Assembly: GCA_001567505.1 (NCBI GenBank)
Contig: LLEU01000059.1
Coordinates: 35,274-99,273 of the forward strand
Source: Acidobacteria bacterium OLB17
GTDB lineage: Bacteria; Acidobacteriota; Blastocatellia; Pyrinomonadales; Pyrinomonadaceae
Reading direction: 5' to 3'
DNA: 64,000 nt
The position numbers and the translations under genes were made by a program. Position 1 is the stretch's first letter, and every line of letters starts with the position of its first letter. The notes below the pieces were generated by a model, which was not told where the DNA came from, made no database searches, and was given only the letters and a program-made list of their open reading frames with translations. Below are positions 38,321 through 46,908 of the stretch, piece after piece.

Positions 38321-38477
38321 GACCCCGAGACGCCGTTCTATCGCCTCTACGGATGTCTGCAAATGGAAGCCTTACGCCCCGACCGGGATCGTCGTCGCGA
38401 GACGCCGTGCTTTCAATTGGCCGAACTTTGTGGCATATTCTTCGTAAATATCGACGGGTTGAGGAGACGCCATCATT

Positions 38478-39650
38478 ATGAGTATTTTCGACAAAGTAAA
38501 ACAAGAGGCACTAAATCAGTTCATCGAGGTCATTGAGTGGCTTGATGATTCGGGCGATACGCTTGTCTATCGATTTCCGGTCGCCGGGCAGGAGATAAAG
38601 AACGGGGCTCAGCTCATCGTTCGCGAATCTCAGGCTGCGGTCTTCGTACACGAAGGCCAGGTCGCCGACGTGTTTACGGCCGGAAAATACGAGATCGACG
38701 GCGGCAACACGCCGATCTTGACCAAGCTCGGAGCCTGGAAATACGGCTTTAACTCGCCGTTCAAGTCCGAGGTTTACTTCGTCAACGTAAAGCAGTTCTC
38801 GGATATGAAATGGGGCACGTCGAACCCGATAATGCTCCGCGATGCGGATTTCGGCATCGTCCGGCTGCGGGCATTCGGCGGCTACAGCCTGCGTGTGTCG
38901 GATCCGGCGGCGTTCATCCGCGAGATCGCCGGAACGAACGCGAAATTCCAGACCGAGGACATCGAGGGCCAGCTGAAACGCTCCGTCGTTACCGAGTTTT
39001 CGGACGCCCTCGGCGAACTCAAGATCCCGGCCCTTGACCTTGCCTCGCAATACAAAGAGCTTGGCGACCGCATCCGCGGCGTCATCAACGAGGATTTCTC
39101 GTCCTGGGGCCTTGAGGTAACGAAATTCTACGTCGAGAACATCTCGCTGCCCGAAGAGGTCGAGGCCGCGATGGACAAGCGTGCTTCAATGGGAGCGCTC
39201 GGCGATGCACAGCGGTATATGCAGTTCCAGGCGGCTGATGCCCTTCGCGATGCCGCTCAGAACGAAGGCGGCGGTGCGGGCCTCGGTGCAGGCCTCGGGG
39301 CCGGATTTGCGGTCGGCGGCCAAATGGCGAACGCATTCGGAATGGGCACTCCGGGAGGTGCAGCTGCACCCGGCGGAGCAGCTCCTCCGGCGGCTGCGAC
39401 GGTCGCCTGTCCGGATTGCGGCAAGCCGAATGCGGCCGCGGCAAAATTCTGTGCCGAATGCGGCTCGAAGATCGAGGTCGTAAAGGTGCCGTGCATCAAA
39501 TGCGGCGCCCAGCTTCGCGAAGGTGCAAAATTCTGCTCGGAGTGCGGCTCTTCGCAAGAGAAGCAGAAGTGCACGGGCTGCCAGCAGGAATTGGCTCCGG
39601 GAGCAAAATTCTGCCCGGAATGCGGCACGAAGGTCGAAGCCACGGCCTGA
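38478..39650 (+). CDS. SPFH/band-7 domain protein (YdjI-like) with a Gly/Ala linker and three tandem C-terminal zinc ribbons
   Basis: The N-terminus is [34 protein letters not shown]...[19 protein letters not shown]. The C-terminus has CPDCG..FCAECG, CIKCG..FCSECG and CTGCQ..FCPECG. Confidence 0.7.
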   Translation: MSIFDKVKQEALNQFIEVIEWLDDSGDTLVYRFPVAGQEIKNGAQLIVRESQAAVFVHEGQVADVFTAGKYEIDGGNTPILTKLGAWKYGFNSPFKSEVYFVNVKQFSDMKWGTSNPIMLRDADFGIVRLRAFGGYSLRVSDPAAFIREIAGTNAKFQTEDIEGQLKRSVVTEFSDALGELKIPALDLASQYKELGDRIRGVINEDFSSWGLEVTKFYVENISLPEEVEAAMDKRASMGALGDAQRYMQFQAADALRDAAQNEGGGAGLGAGLGAGFAVGGQMANAFGMGTPGGAAAPGGAAPPAAATVACPDCGKPNAAAAKFCAECGSKIEVVKVPCIKCGAQLREGAKFCSECGSSQEKQKCTGCQQELAPGAKFCPECGTKVEATA

Positions 39651-39677
39651 TAAACCGCTTCCTTTTTCGAATTGGCC

Positions 39678-39717
39678 AAACCCCGGCGAACGGTCTCGAT
39701 CGTCGGGGTTTCTCTTT
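39678..39717 (+). terminator. Rho-independent terminator after the SPFH gene
   Basis: Stem aaaccccggcga (39678-39689) pairs with tcgtcggggttt (39700-39711) with one G-U pair, followed by a T-rich tail. Confidence 0.5.
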
Positions 39718-39771
39718 GCGGCAGCCTTCGCGGACTTGCGGCAGGGGCACGGGCGCAATTATTTTGTAGAT

Positions 39772-39945
39772 ATGGCTGTAAGTCCCGAATTGATAGAGAT
39801 CCTGCGTTGCCCGAAATGTAAGGCGAAGGTCGAGCTTCGCGGCGATGACGAGCTAAAGTGCGTAAACCCCGAATGTTCGCTCGTCTATCCCGTCCGTGAT
39901 GACATTCCCGTGATGCTCGTCGAAGAGGCCACTGCCGAGAAGTAA
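39772..39945 (+). CDS. Trm112 family zinc-ribbon protein
   Basis: The protein is 57 aa: [47 protein letters not shown]. Confidence 0.8.
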   Translation: MAVSPELIEILRCPKCKAKVELRGDDELKCVNPECSLVYPVRDDIPVMLVEEATAEK

Positions 39946-39961
39946 GCGAGATCATTCCAAC

Positions 39962-41020
39962 TTGCGAAAGAACGACAAGATCGATTGGGGACGGGTTCGC
40001 CGCGTGCTCGTGATACGCCTGCGGTCGATCGGCGACACGGTGCTCGCGACGCCCGTATTGACGACGCTTCGCCGCGAGCTGCCGAATGCCGAGGTCGACA
40101 TCCTGCTTGAGGATCGAATATCGCCGCTCCTTGAGGGTTTTGAGGGCGTCGGGGTGCAGGGTATCGGAGCAGGTGCGCGGACGCGTTTACAGGCAGCCGG
40201 CAGGCTCAGAACCGCCAAGTACGATGCGGTCATAAACCTGCACGGCGGCTCGACAAGCTCGACGCTCGCCGCGGCCACGCTCGCAAGATACCGCCTCGGC
40301 TTTTCTCATTACCGCTTCCCGCGCACATACACGCATCTTTACGGCTCGCCGGCCGACCTTTGGGGTACGGATCAACTGCATTCCGTCGAGCAGCAGCTTG
40401 CGATCCTCGGGCTTGCCGGGATGAATGTCGATCGCTCGGAGCCGACAAGCCTGCCTGCCGATCCGCAGGCGGATGCGGCGATCGGCGAGGCCCTCGGCGA
40501 TTATGGGCCGTTGGCGCTGATGCATCCTGCAGCGGCTTATGACACGAAGACGTGGCCCGCCGCGAACTTTGCAAAGGCCGCCGAACACCTTGCCGCAAAA
40601 GGGTTTACGGTCGCCTCGGTCGCCGCTCCGAACGAAAGGCCGGTGATCGAGGCGGTCGAAAGGGCCGCGAACTGCGAGATCCTCAGCCTTGTCGGCCTTC
40701 CTTTGCCCCAAATTACGGCAGTTGCCCGCCGCGCAGGCATTTTCATCGGGAACGATTCGGGGATCGCTCACATTGCGGCCGCCGTCGGAACGCCGTCCGT
40801 GGTCATTTTCGGGTCGTCGAACCGCGTCCACTGGCGCCCGTGGACGACGGCTCCAAGCGAGATCGTCTTCAATGAATTCCCGTGCCAGCCTTGCCCCGGC
40901 GACATCTGCCGCGCCTTCGACGAACCCCGCTGCATCCTCTCGATCAACCCCGAACCCGTCATCCACGCCATCGACCGCGTCCTCGCTAAGGCGTCCGCAC
41001 TTACGGGCCAAGGTCGATAA
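39962..41020 (+). CDS. Glycosyltransferase family 9 (heptosyltransferase-like)
   Basis: The N-terminus VLVIRLRSIGDTVLATPVL, together with FIGNDSGIAHIAAAVGTPSVVIFG, is typical of GT9. Confidence 0.8.
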   Translation: MRKNDKIDWGRVRRVLVIRLRSIGDTVLATPVLTTLRRELPNAEVDILLEDRISPLLEGFEGVGVQGIGAGARTRLQAAGRLRTAKYDAVINLHGGSTSSTLAAATLARYRLGFSHYRFPRTYTHLYGSPADLWGTDQLHSVEQQLAILGLAGMNVDRSEPTSLPADPQADAAIGEALGDYGPLALMHPAAAYDTKTWPAANFAKAAEHLAAKGFTVASVAAPNERPVIEAVERAANCEILSLVGLPLPQITAVARRAGIFIGNDSGIAHIAAAVGTPSVVIFGSSNRVHWRPWTTAPSEIVFNEFPCQPCPGDICRAFDEPRCILSINPEPVIHAIDRVLAKASALTGQGR

Positions 41021-41145
41021 GAACGCCTTTTCCGCTCGCAACCGTTTATTTCAAATGGTCACGGAGTTGAAACGCTTCCCGCAACATCGACGGCCGTACT
41101 ATGTGCTCGGTCGGGGCTGTTTGCGGGTGGATTTGGTTCAAAAGT

Positions 41146-41174
41146 TTGACAGTTTGGGGCGGAAACACTACTAT
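41146..41174 (+). promoter_or_regulatory. Putative sigma70 promoter for ffh
   Basis: TTGACA (41146-41151), a 17-nt spacer and TACTAT (41169-41174) lie about 37 nt upstream of ATG 41211. Confidence 0.4.
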
Positions 41175-41210
41175 TTATAGTTTCGACTCTTGCAGCCGAA
41201 GTGTGTCTAA

Positions 41211-42701
41211 ATGTTCGAATCGCTGTCGGATAAACTCAAGAATACGCTGAAAAATCTGCGTGGTGCGGGCAAATTGACGCCTGAGCATGTGGATGCCGCG
41301 CTTCGCGAGATCCGAATGGCGTTGCTCGAAGCGGACGTAAACTACAAGGTCGCGAAAGATTTTGTCGAGTCCGTCCGGGCAAAGGCCGAGGGCGAAGAGG
41401 TCTGGAACGGGCTAAAACCGCACGAACAGGTCGTAAAGATCGTCTATGACGAACTTTCGGCTCTGATGGGCGGCACGTCTTCGCGGCTCGTCTTTACGAA
41501 GCAGTCGCCGAATGTCGTGATGATCGTCGGGCTGCAAGGTTCGGGTAAGACGACATCGACGGGCAAGATCTCGCGTTGGCTCCGCGATAATCAAGAGCGA
41601 AAGCCGCTGCTTGTCTCGGTGGACGTTTATCGGCCCGCGGCGCGCGCGCAGTTGAAGGTCGTCGGCGATGCCGTCGGCATTCCGGTCTTTGAAGCAAAGG
41701 AAACGGACGATCCGCTAACGCTTGTCCGCGGTGCGGTCAAGCACGCGAACGAACTCGGTTTTGACACGCTCTTGATCGACACGGCCGGCCGTCTTCATAT
41801 CGATGACGAGCTGATGGCCGAACTCGAAGCGATCAAGGCCGAGACGAAGCCGATCGAAGTGCTTTTCGTCGCCGATGCGATGACCGGCCAGGACGCTGTC
41901 CGCTCGGCCGAAGTGTTCCACGAACGCGTCGGTATCACGGGCGTCGTTCTGACGAAGATGGACGGCGATGCTCGCGGCGGCGCGGCGCTTTCTATACGCC
42001 AGGTCACGGGCCAGCCCGTGAAATTCGTCGGCGTCGGTGAAAAATACGACGCGATCGAGCCGTTCTATCCCGACAGGATCGCACAGCGCATCCTCGGGAT
42101 GGGCGATGTCCTTTCACTCATCGAAGAGGTAAAGGGCAAGATCGATGAAGAAGAAGCTCAGGCGCAGCTTCTGAAAATGACCAAGAACCAGTTCACGCTG
42201 GAGGATTTTCAGAAGCAGCTCGGCCAGTTCAAAAAGCTCGGGTCGATGTCGAAATTGATGAAGATGCTGCCCGATCAGATGACGGGCGGCCTCGAGATCA
42301 CGGACGAGCAGTCCGAGATGGTGGAGCATCAAATGAAACGCACGGAGGCGATCATCGGTTCGATGACCCGTGCGGAAAAGAACGATCATCGTATCATCGA
42401 TGCGAGCCGCAAAACCCGCATTGCGGGCGGTTCGGGTTCGTCGATCAGCGAGGTCAACCAGCTTCTGCGGCAGTATGAGCAGATGCGCAAGATGATGGCC
42501 CAGATGAATCGCGGCGGCCTCTTCAGCGGAATGGCAAAGAAGATGGCCGGCGGGCTCGCGGGCGGTTTGGGCGGAATGCTCGGAGGCGGCCTGGCCGGAA
42601 TGCTCGGCAGCGGTTCGGCAATAGACTATTCGGACGACGACGCACAGGAAGCGCCGTCAAGAAGTATCAGGAAGAAGAAACGACACAAGAAGCGACGTTG
42701 A
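41211..42701 (+). CDS. ffh: Signal recognition particle protein Ffh
   Basis: Motifs: GLQGSGKTT, DTAGRL, TKMDGDARGGAALS. A Met/Gly-rich M domain and a basic tail are present. Confidence 0.95.
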   Translation: MFESLSDKLKNTLKNLRGAGKLTPEHVDAALREIRMALLEADVNYKVAKDFVESVRAKAEGEEVWNGLKPHEQVVKIVYDELSALMGGTSSRLVFTKQSPNVVMIVGLQGSGKTTSTGKISRWLRDNQERKPLLVSVDVYRPAARAQLKVVGDAVGIPVFEAKETDDPLTLVRGAVKHANELGFDTLLIDTAGRLHIDDELMAELEAIKAETKPIEVLFVADAMTGQDAVRSAEVFHERVGITGVVLTKMDGDARGGAALSIRQVTGQPVKFVGVGEKYDAIEPFYPDRIAQRILGMGDVLSLIEEVKGKIDEEEAQAQLLKMTKNQFTLEDFQKQLGQFKKLGSMSKLMKMLPDQMTGGLEITDEQSEMVEHQMKRTEAIIGSMTRAEKNDHRIIDASRKTRIAGGSGSSISEVNQLLRQYEQMRKMMAQMNRGGLFSGMAKKMAGGLAGGLGGMLGGGLAGMLGSGSAIDYSDDDAQEAPSRSIRKKKRHKKRR

Positions 42702-42744
42702 GGCTTTCAGGAAAAAGAGAGATCAACCTCTCGACTTATAAATT

Positions 42745-43269
42745 ATGCTAGCAATCAGTCTGATGAGAATTGGCGCGAAGAAACATCCTTTCTATCGCGT
42801 CGTGGTAAAGGAAAAGCGTTCGAAACGCGACGGTAAATATCTCGAGAATCTCGGCACCTACGATCCGATGCAGGATCCGGCCGATGTGAAGCTGAATCAC
42901 GACCGCATCCAGTACTGGATCGGCGTTGGTGCTCAGCCGACCGAGACCGTCAAGAGCCTTATCAAGCACAATCCGGTGATGACCGAAGAAGAGCGTGCTG
43001 CGGCCGATGCCGCGCGTGCAGCGAAACGTGCGGCCGCCGAGAAGGCAAAGGCCGATGCACGTGCCGAGGCCGACCGCATCGCCGCTCGAAAAGGCCGAGG
43101 CCGAAAGGCCGCCGCCGAGGCCGAGAAGGCTGCTGCCGAACAGGCCGCCGCCGAAGAAGCTGCCGCGGCTGAGGCTCCTGCTGAAGCGGAAGCGCCTGCA
43201 GAGGCGGAAGCTCCGGCTGCCGAAGCTGAAGCTGCTCCGGCCGGTGAGGAAGCTGCTGCGGCCGAATAA
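42745..43269 (+). CDS. rpsP: 30S ribosomal protein S16 with an Ala/Glu/Pro-rich C-terminal extension
   Basis: The S16 core is MLAISLMRIGAKKHPFYRVVVKEKRSKRDGKYLENLGTYDP. An approximately 90-aa low-complexity tail follows (APAEAEAPAEAEAPAAEAEA). Confidence 0.9.
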   Translation: MLAISLMRIGAKKHPFYRVVVKEKRSKRDGKYLENLGTYDPMQDPADVKLNHDRIQYWIGVGAQPTETVKSLIKHNPVMTEEERAAADAARAAKRAAAEKAKADARAEADRIAARKGRGRKAAAEAEKAAAEQAAAEEAAAAEAPAEAEAPAEAEAPAAEAEAAPAGEEAAAAE

Positions 43270-43301
43270 CCGGAATTTGCTCGAAAGGTTTTGGAGATCA
43301 G

Positions 43302-43535
43302 ATGAAAGAGGCAGTTGAAAGGATCATTACGGCCCTCGTCGGTGAGCCCGGCGCGGTCGAGATCGCCGAGGTCGTGGACGGCAAGACCGTCCGGCTCGAG
43401 GTTCGGGTCGCGCCCCACGATATGGGACGCATCATCGGACGCGAAGGCCGCACCGTAAAGGCGATACGCAACATCCTTTTTGCGGCCGGCCAAAAGCACG
43501 GAAAACGCTTTCATCTCGACCTTATCGAGGATTGA
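43302..43535 (+). CDS. KH domain RNA-binding protein (YlqC/UPF0109)
   Basis: The protein is 77 aa with the GRIIGREGRTVKAIRNIL motif. It occupies the conserved position between rpsP and rimM. Confidence 0.85.
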   Translation: MKEAVERIITALVGEPGAVEIAEVVDGKTVRLEVRVAPHDMGRIIGREGRTVKAIRNILFAAGQKHGKRFHLDLIED

Positions 43536-43536
43536 A

Positions 43537-44058
43537 GTGGCCGGGAGCGATGAGCTTGTCGCGATCGCACGCATTGCGCGGCCTCGCGGCTTGAAAGGCG
43601 AGGTCATCGCCGACCTCTCGACCGACTTTCCCGAACGTTTCGACGGGCTCGAAGACGTTACGCTCGTTCTTGAGACGGGCGAGACTCGGGCCGCAAAGAT
43701 CGAGGATCATTGGCCGCAGAACGAGCGCATCGTGCTGAAATTCGCCGGCGTTGATTCGGCGAATGACGCCGAGCAGCTTCGAAACGCCGAGGTTTGCGTC
43801 GCGGAATCCGAAGCGGTCGAGCTCGAGGCCGATGACTTCTACGATTGGCAGCTTGCAGGCTGCAGGGTCGAGACGATCCACGGCGAGACCCTTGGCGAAG
43901 TGACGGAGGTGATGCGTACCGGCGGATGCGAGATCCTCGTGGTCACGGGAAATGGAAGGGATTATCTGATCCCGTTCGCGGCCTCGATCTGCGTAGAGGT
44001 GCTGCCGGAAAGCCGCTACATTCGGGTCGATCCGCCTGAAGGGTTGTTGGAGTTCTAG
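43537..44058 (+). CDS. rimM: 16S rRNA processing protein RimM
   Basis: A GTG start lies just after the KH gene stop. Blocks seen: VAIARIARPRGLKGEV and YDWQLAGCRVET...EILVV. Confidence 0.85.
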   Translation: MAGSDELVAIARIARPRGLKGEVIADLSTDFPERFDGLEDVTLVLETGETRAAKIEDHWPQNERIVLKFAGVDSANDAEQLRNAEVCVAESEAVELEADDFYDWQLAGCRVETIHGETLGEVTEVMRTGGCEILVVTGNGRDYLIPFAASICVEVLPESRYIRVDPPEGLLEF

Positions 44059-44766
44059 GTGAAAATTGATGTCCTGACAATTTTCCCCGAGTATTTTGGT
44101 TCGATCTTTGAATTCGGCATCATACGCCGAGCAAAATTGGCAGGGATCGTCGAGATCCGCGTCCACGACATTCGCGAATATGCGGCCGACAAGCACCGAA
44201 TGGTCGATGACAGGCCTTTCGGCGGCGGCGACGGGATGGTGCTTAAGCCTGAACCGCTCTTTGCCGCGATCGAGGCACTGACCGGCCGCAAAGGCCGAGA
44301 AGACCGGCGGGAAGGCGTCAAGGTCGTGCTTCTGACGCCGCAAGGAGAGCCTTTTAAGCAGGCCTCGGCCGTGAGACTTGCGGCCGAAGCATCGCACCTC
44401 GTGCTTATCTGCGGGCGTTACGAAGGCGTGGATGAACGCGTTGCGGAACAGCTTGTCGATGAAGAGATCTCGATCGGCGATTACGTGTTGTCAGGCGGCG
44501 AACCCGCTGCCTCGGTCGTCGTAGATGCGATCGTAAGGCTGCTTCCCGGCGCATTGGGAAGCGAGACCTCTGCCGAGAATGATTCGTTCTCTGACGGGCT
44601 GCTTGATTGCCCGCAGTACACAAGACCTGCAGAATTTCGCGGAATGAAAGTTCCGGATGTCCTGCTGAACGGCCATCATGCCGAAATTGAGAAATGGCGC
44701 CGACAAAAGGCGCTCGAAAAAACAAAAAAAGGTCCGAATGGACCTAATTATGGGAGAGAATGGTGA
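44059..44766 (+). CDS. trmD: tRNA (guanine37-N1)-methyltransferase TrmD; the C-terminus is probably altered by a homopolymer insertion (A6 44717-44722 or A7 44724-44730)
   Basis: Blocks seen: [39 protein letters not shown]. After the A runs the as-sequenced tail is [13 protein letters not shown]. Removing one A gives [16 protein letters not shown] with a stop at 44774-44776, closer to the conserved RRPDLL-type TrmD tail. Confidence 0.85.
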   Translation: MKIDVLTIFPEYFGSIFEFGIIRRAKLAGIVEIRVHDIREYAADKHRMVDDRPFGGGDGMVLKPEPLFAAIEALTGRKGREDRREGVKVVLLTPQGEPFKQASAVRLAAEASHLVLICGRYEGVDERVAEQLVDEEISIGDYVLSGGEPAASVVVDAIVRLLPGALGSETSAENDSFSDGLLDCPQYTRPAEFRGMKVPDVLLNGHHAEIEKWRRQKALEKTKKGPNGPNYGREW

Positions 44767-44861
44767 AAGTGAATAAGTAGTTGGCCGAGTTTATAAGCTC
44801 GGATGCTCCGGAACTCGAACGGTTCCCGAAACTACGGATTGACCTCTGGCCGAATAATGAG

Positions 44862-45224
44862 ATGAACAGACTTGATATAGTCGAAAAGACCCAGATCAAA
44901 GAGAATATTCCCGCGTTCCAGCCCGGCGACACGCTTCGCGTGCACGTTCGGATCAAGGAAGGCAACAAGGAGCGCCTGCAGGCGTTCGAGGGCGTTTGCA
45001 TCGCACGCAAACACGGCGGCGTCCGCGAGACGGTGACGGTCAGAAAGGTGAGCTTCGGCGTCGGCGTCGAGCGCATCTTCCCACTGCACGCAACCGTCGT
45101 CGATCACATCGACGTTGTCCGCCGAGGCAAGGTCCGACGTGCGAAACTCTATTACCTTCGCGATCTTCGCGGCAAAGCGGCCAGGATCAAAGAACGCGAT
45201 ACGCGCGCAAAGAAGAACGCATAG
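44862..45224 (+). CDS. rplS: 50S ribosomal protein L19
   Basis: The sequence is [50 protein letters not shown]... Confidence 0.9.
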   Translation: MNRLDIVEKTQIKENIPAFQPGDTLRVHVRIKEGNKERLQAFEGVCIARKHGGVRETVTVRKVSFGVGVERIFPLHATVVDHIDVVRRGKVRRAKLYYLRDLRGKAARIKERDTRAKKNA

Positions 45225-45348
45225 CAGAACACAAGTGAAAAGGACGGACGCGAGAGATCGAAGGCAGGGAATCAATGCCTCGCCGGATCCTCGCGTCTCG
45301 TCGTTCGATGATGCCTTTGTTTGTGAGCTTGGCTCGGATTTCGAGCAG

Positions 45349-45924
45349 ATGGCGCGCAGCGAAGGTTTTCTTTTTGTCGCGGGCGTCGATGAGGTCGGCC
45401 GCGGCTGCCTTGCCGGTCCCGTCGTTGCCGGAGCCTGCATTCTCGACCTTTCAAAACCCTTGCCAAAAGGCCTGAACGACTCAAAGAAAGTTTCGCCCGA
45501 AAAGCGTGAAGCGATCGCGGAGGAGCTGAAGGCGACTGCCGCCGCGTTTGCGATCGGCCGTGTCGAGGCAGATGAGATCGACCGCATCAACATCCTGGAA
45601 GCCACCAAAAAAGCAATGCGGGCGGCGATCGAAGCGCTTTCGCCCGCAGCTGACTATCTGCTCATCGACGCTCTCGAACTAAAGGGAATTCGTCTGCCGC
45701 AGAAGGCGATCATAAAGGGCGACGCGGTCTCGGTGTCGATCGCCGCGGCGTCGATACTTGCAAAGACCTATCGCGACGCCGTTATGCGCGAATATCACAA
45801 AGAATATCCGCAGTACGGCTTTGACGGGCACAAAGGTTACGGCTGCGCGTCGCATTTTGCCGCGATCCGAGAACACGGCCCGTGCCCTCTGCACCGAATG
45901 ACCTTCCGCGGCGTTCTCGCCTAA
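45349..45924 (+). CDS. rnhB: Ribonuclease HII
   Basis: The motif VAGVDEVGRGCLAGPVVAGA is present, along with DSKK. The start is uncertain; ATG 45349 is the first in-frame ATG before the catalytic motif. Confidence 0.8.
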   Translation: MARSEGFLFVAGVDEVGRGCLAGPVVAGACILDLSKPLPKGLNDSKKVSPEKREAIAEELKATAAAFAIGRVEADEIDRINILEATKKAMRAAIEALSPAADYLLIDALELKGIRLPQKAIIKGDAVSVSIAAASILAKTYRDAVMREYHKEYPQYGFDGHKGYGCASHFAAIREHGPCPLHRMTFRGVLA

Positions 45925-45936
45925 ACGCCGATCCGA

Positions 45937-46764
45937 TCAACGCTTGCGAAATAATGCCCAGAAAAGATCTTCCGCAGGGTACGGGATCTTGATCCAGGAC
46001 GGGATGAGGTCGAGTATCTTACGTTCGCCGAGGCGATATTTTAGGAGCGAGCGGGCGTGTCCGCCGCTGATCCATTTCGACGGGCGGCCGCCGGCGATCC
46101 TCTCGAAACCGTTATGCGAGAGGAAATCCGTGAGGCCCTTAGGCGTGAACCAATGGACCACGCTCGGCGGCGAGTACTCGTGCCAGTGCTTGCCCAGGAT
46201 TCGGGCCGAGAAGGATGCGCGATCCCACGTCTCGATCAGGAGAAGTCCATTTTCAGCGAGAAGGCCGCGGGCCCGAGCGAAGGCCGCGGCCGGATCGTAG
46301 AAATGCGCGGCGACCTGGATCATTGAGACGAGATCGAACTTTCCATCGATCTCTGTCTCCTCGAGGGTTCCCGTGCGAACGGCAACGCCCACGTCGTCGG
46401 CCGCGAATGCCGCCATCGACGCATTCGGCTCAAGGCCGATGCCCTCCCAGCCTTCATCAACGAAGCCTTTCAAAATGTAGCCGCATGCGGCCCCGACATC
46501 CAGGATCCTGCCCGGCGACGTGAAACGCTCAAGCTTTCGTGCGTACATCCGGCCGCGTTCGACGAGCAGCTGCCGGTCGGCCCGATAATCCGAGTATCCC
46601 GCACCCCCACCGTCAAAATAGGCGTCGTTGTAGATCTCGGCAGGGGCGAACGGCGTGGCATTCACGTTGTAGAAGCGATGGCCGCAGTCGGTGCAGTCCA
46701 GGATCGGAATGCCTTTTGCGACGAGGGCTTCTTTTGCGGCGGAAGAGCAGAGTGGACAGGACAT
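45937..46764 (-). CDS. Class I SAM-dependent methyltransferase with an N-terminal Cys4 zinc ribbon
   Basis: The zinc ribbon is CPLCSS...CTDCGH. SAM motif I is ILDVGAACGYILKGF. Confidence 0.7.
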   Translation of the reverse strand: MSCPLCSSAAKEALVAKGIPILDCTDCGHRFYNVNATPFAPAEIYNDAYFDGGGAGYSDYRADRQLLVERGRMYARKLERFTSPGRILDVGAACGYILKGFVDEGWEGIGLEPNASMAAFAADDVGVAVRTGTLEETEIDGKFDLVSMIQVAAHFYDPAAAFARARGLLAENGLLLIETWDRASFSARILGKHWHEYSPPSVVHWFTPKGLTDFLSHNGFERIAGGRPSKWISGGHARSLLKYRLGERKILDLIPSWIKIPYPAEDLFWALFRKR

Positions 46765-46846
46765 ACTGATATTCGTTTTGAAGGCTTACTTTAGGATATT
46801 TTTAGAGACGAGTAATCGCGGCGACATTCCAGTCCGATGCGAAGCC

Positions 46847-46874
46847 AATAAAAAGAGGGCCGTCGAGAGCCCTC
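46847..46874 (-). terminator. Rho-independent terminator after the TonB-dependent receptor gene
   Basis: Stem gagggc (46855-46860) pairs with gccctc (46869-46874). The minus strand reads ...gagggctctcgacggccctctttttatt. Confidence 0.6.
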
Positions 46875-46908
46875 TTTTCGCAAGGTGTGAATGCGGCCGT
46901 TTTGCGCG

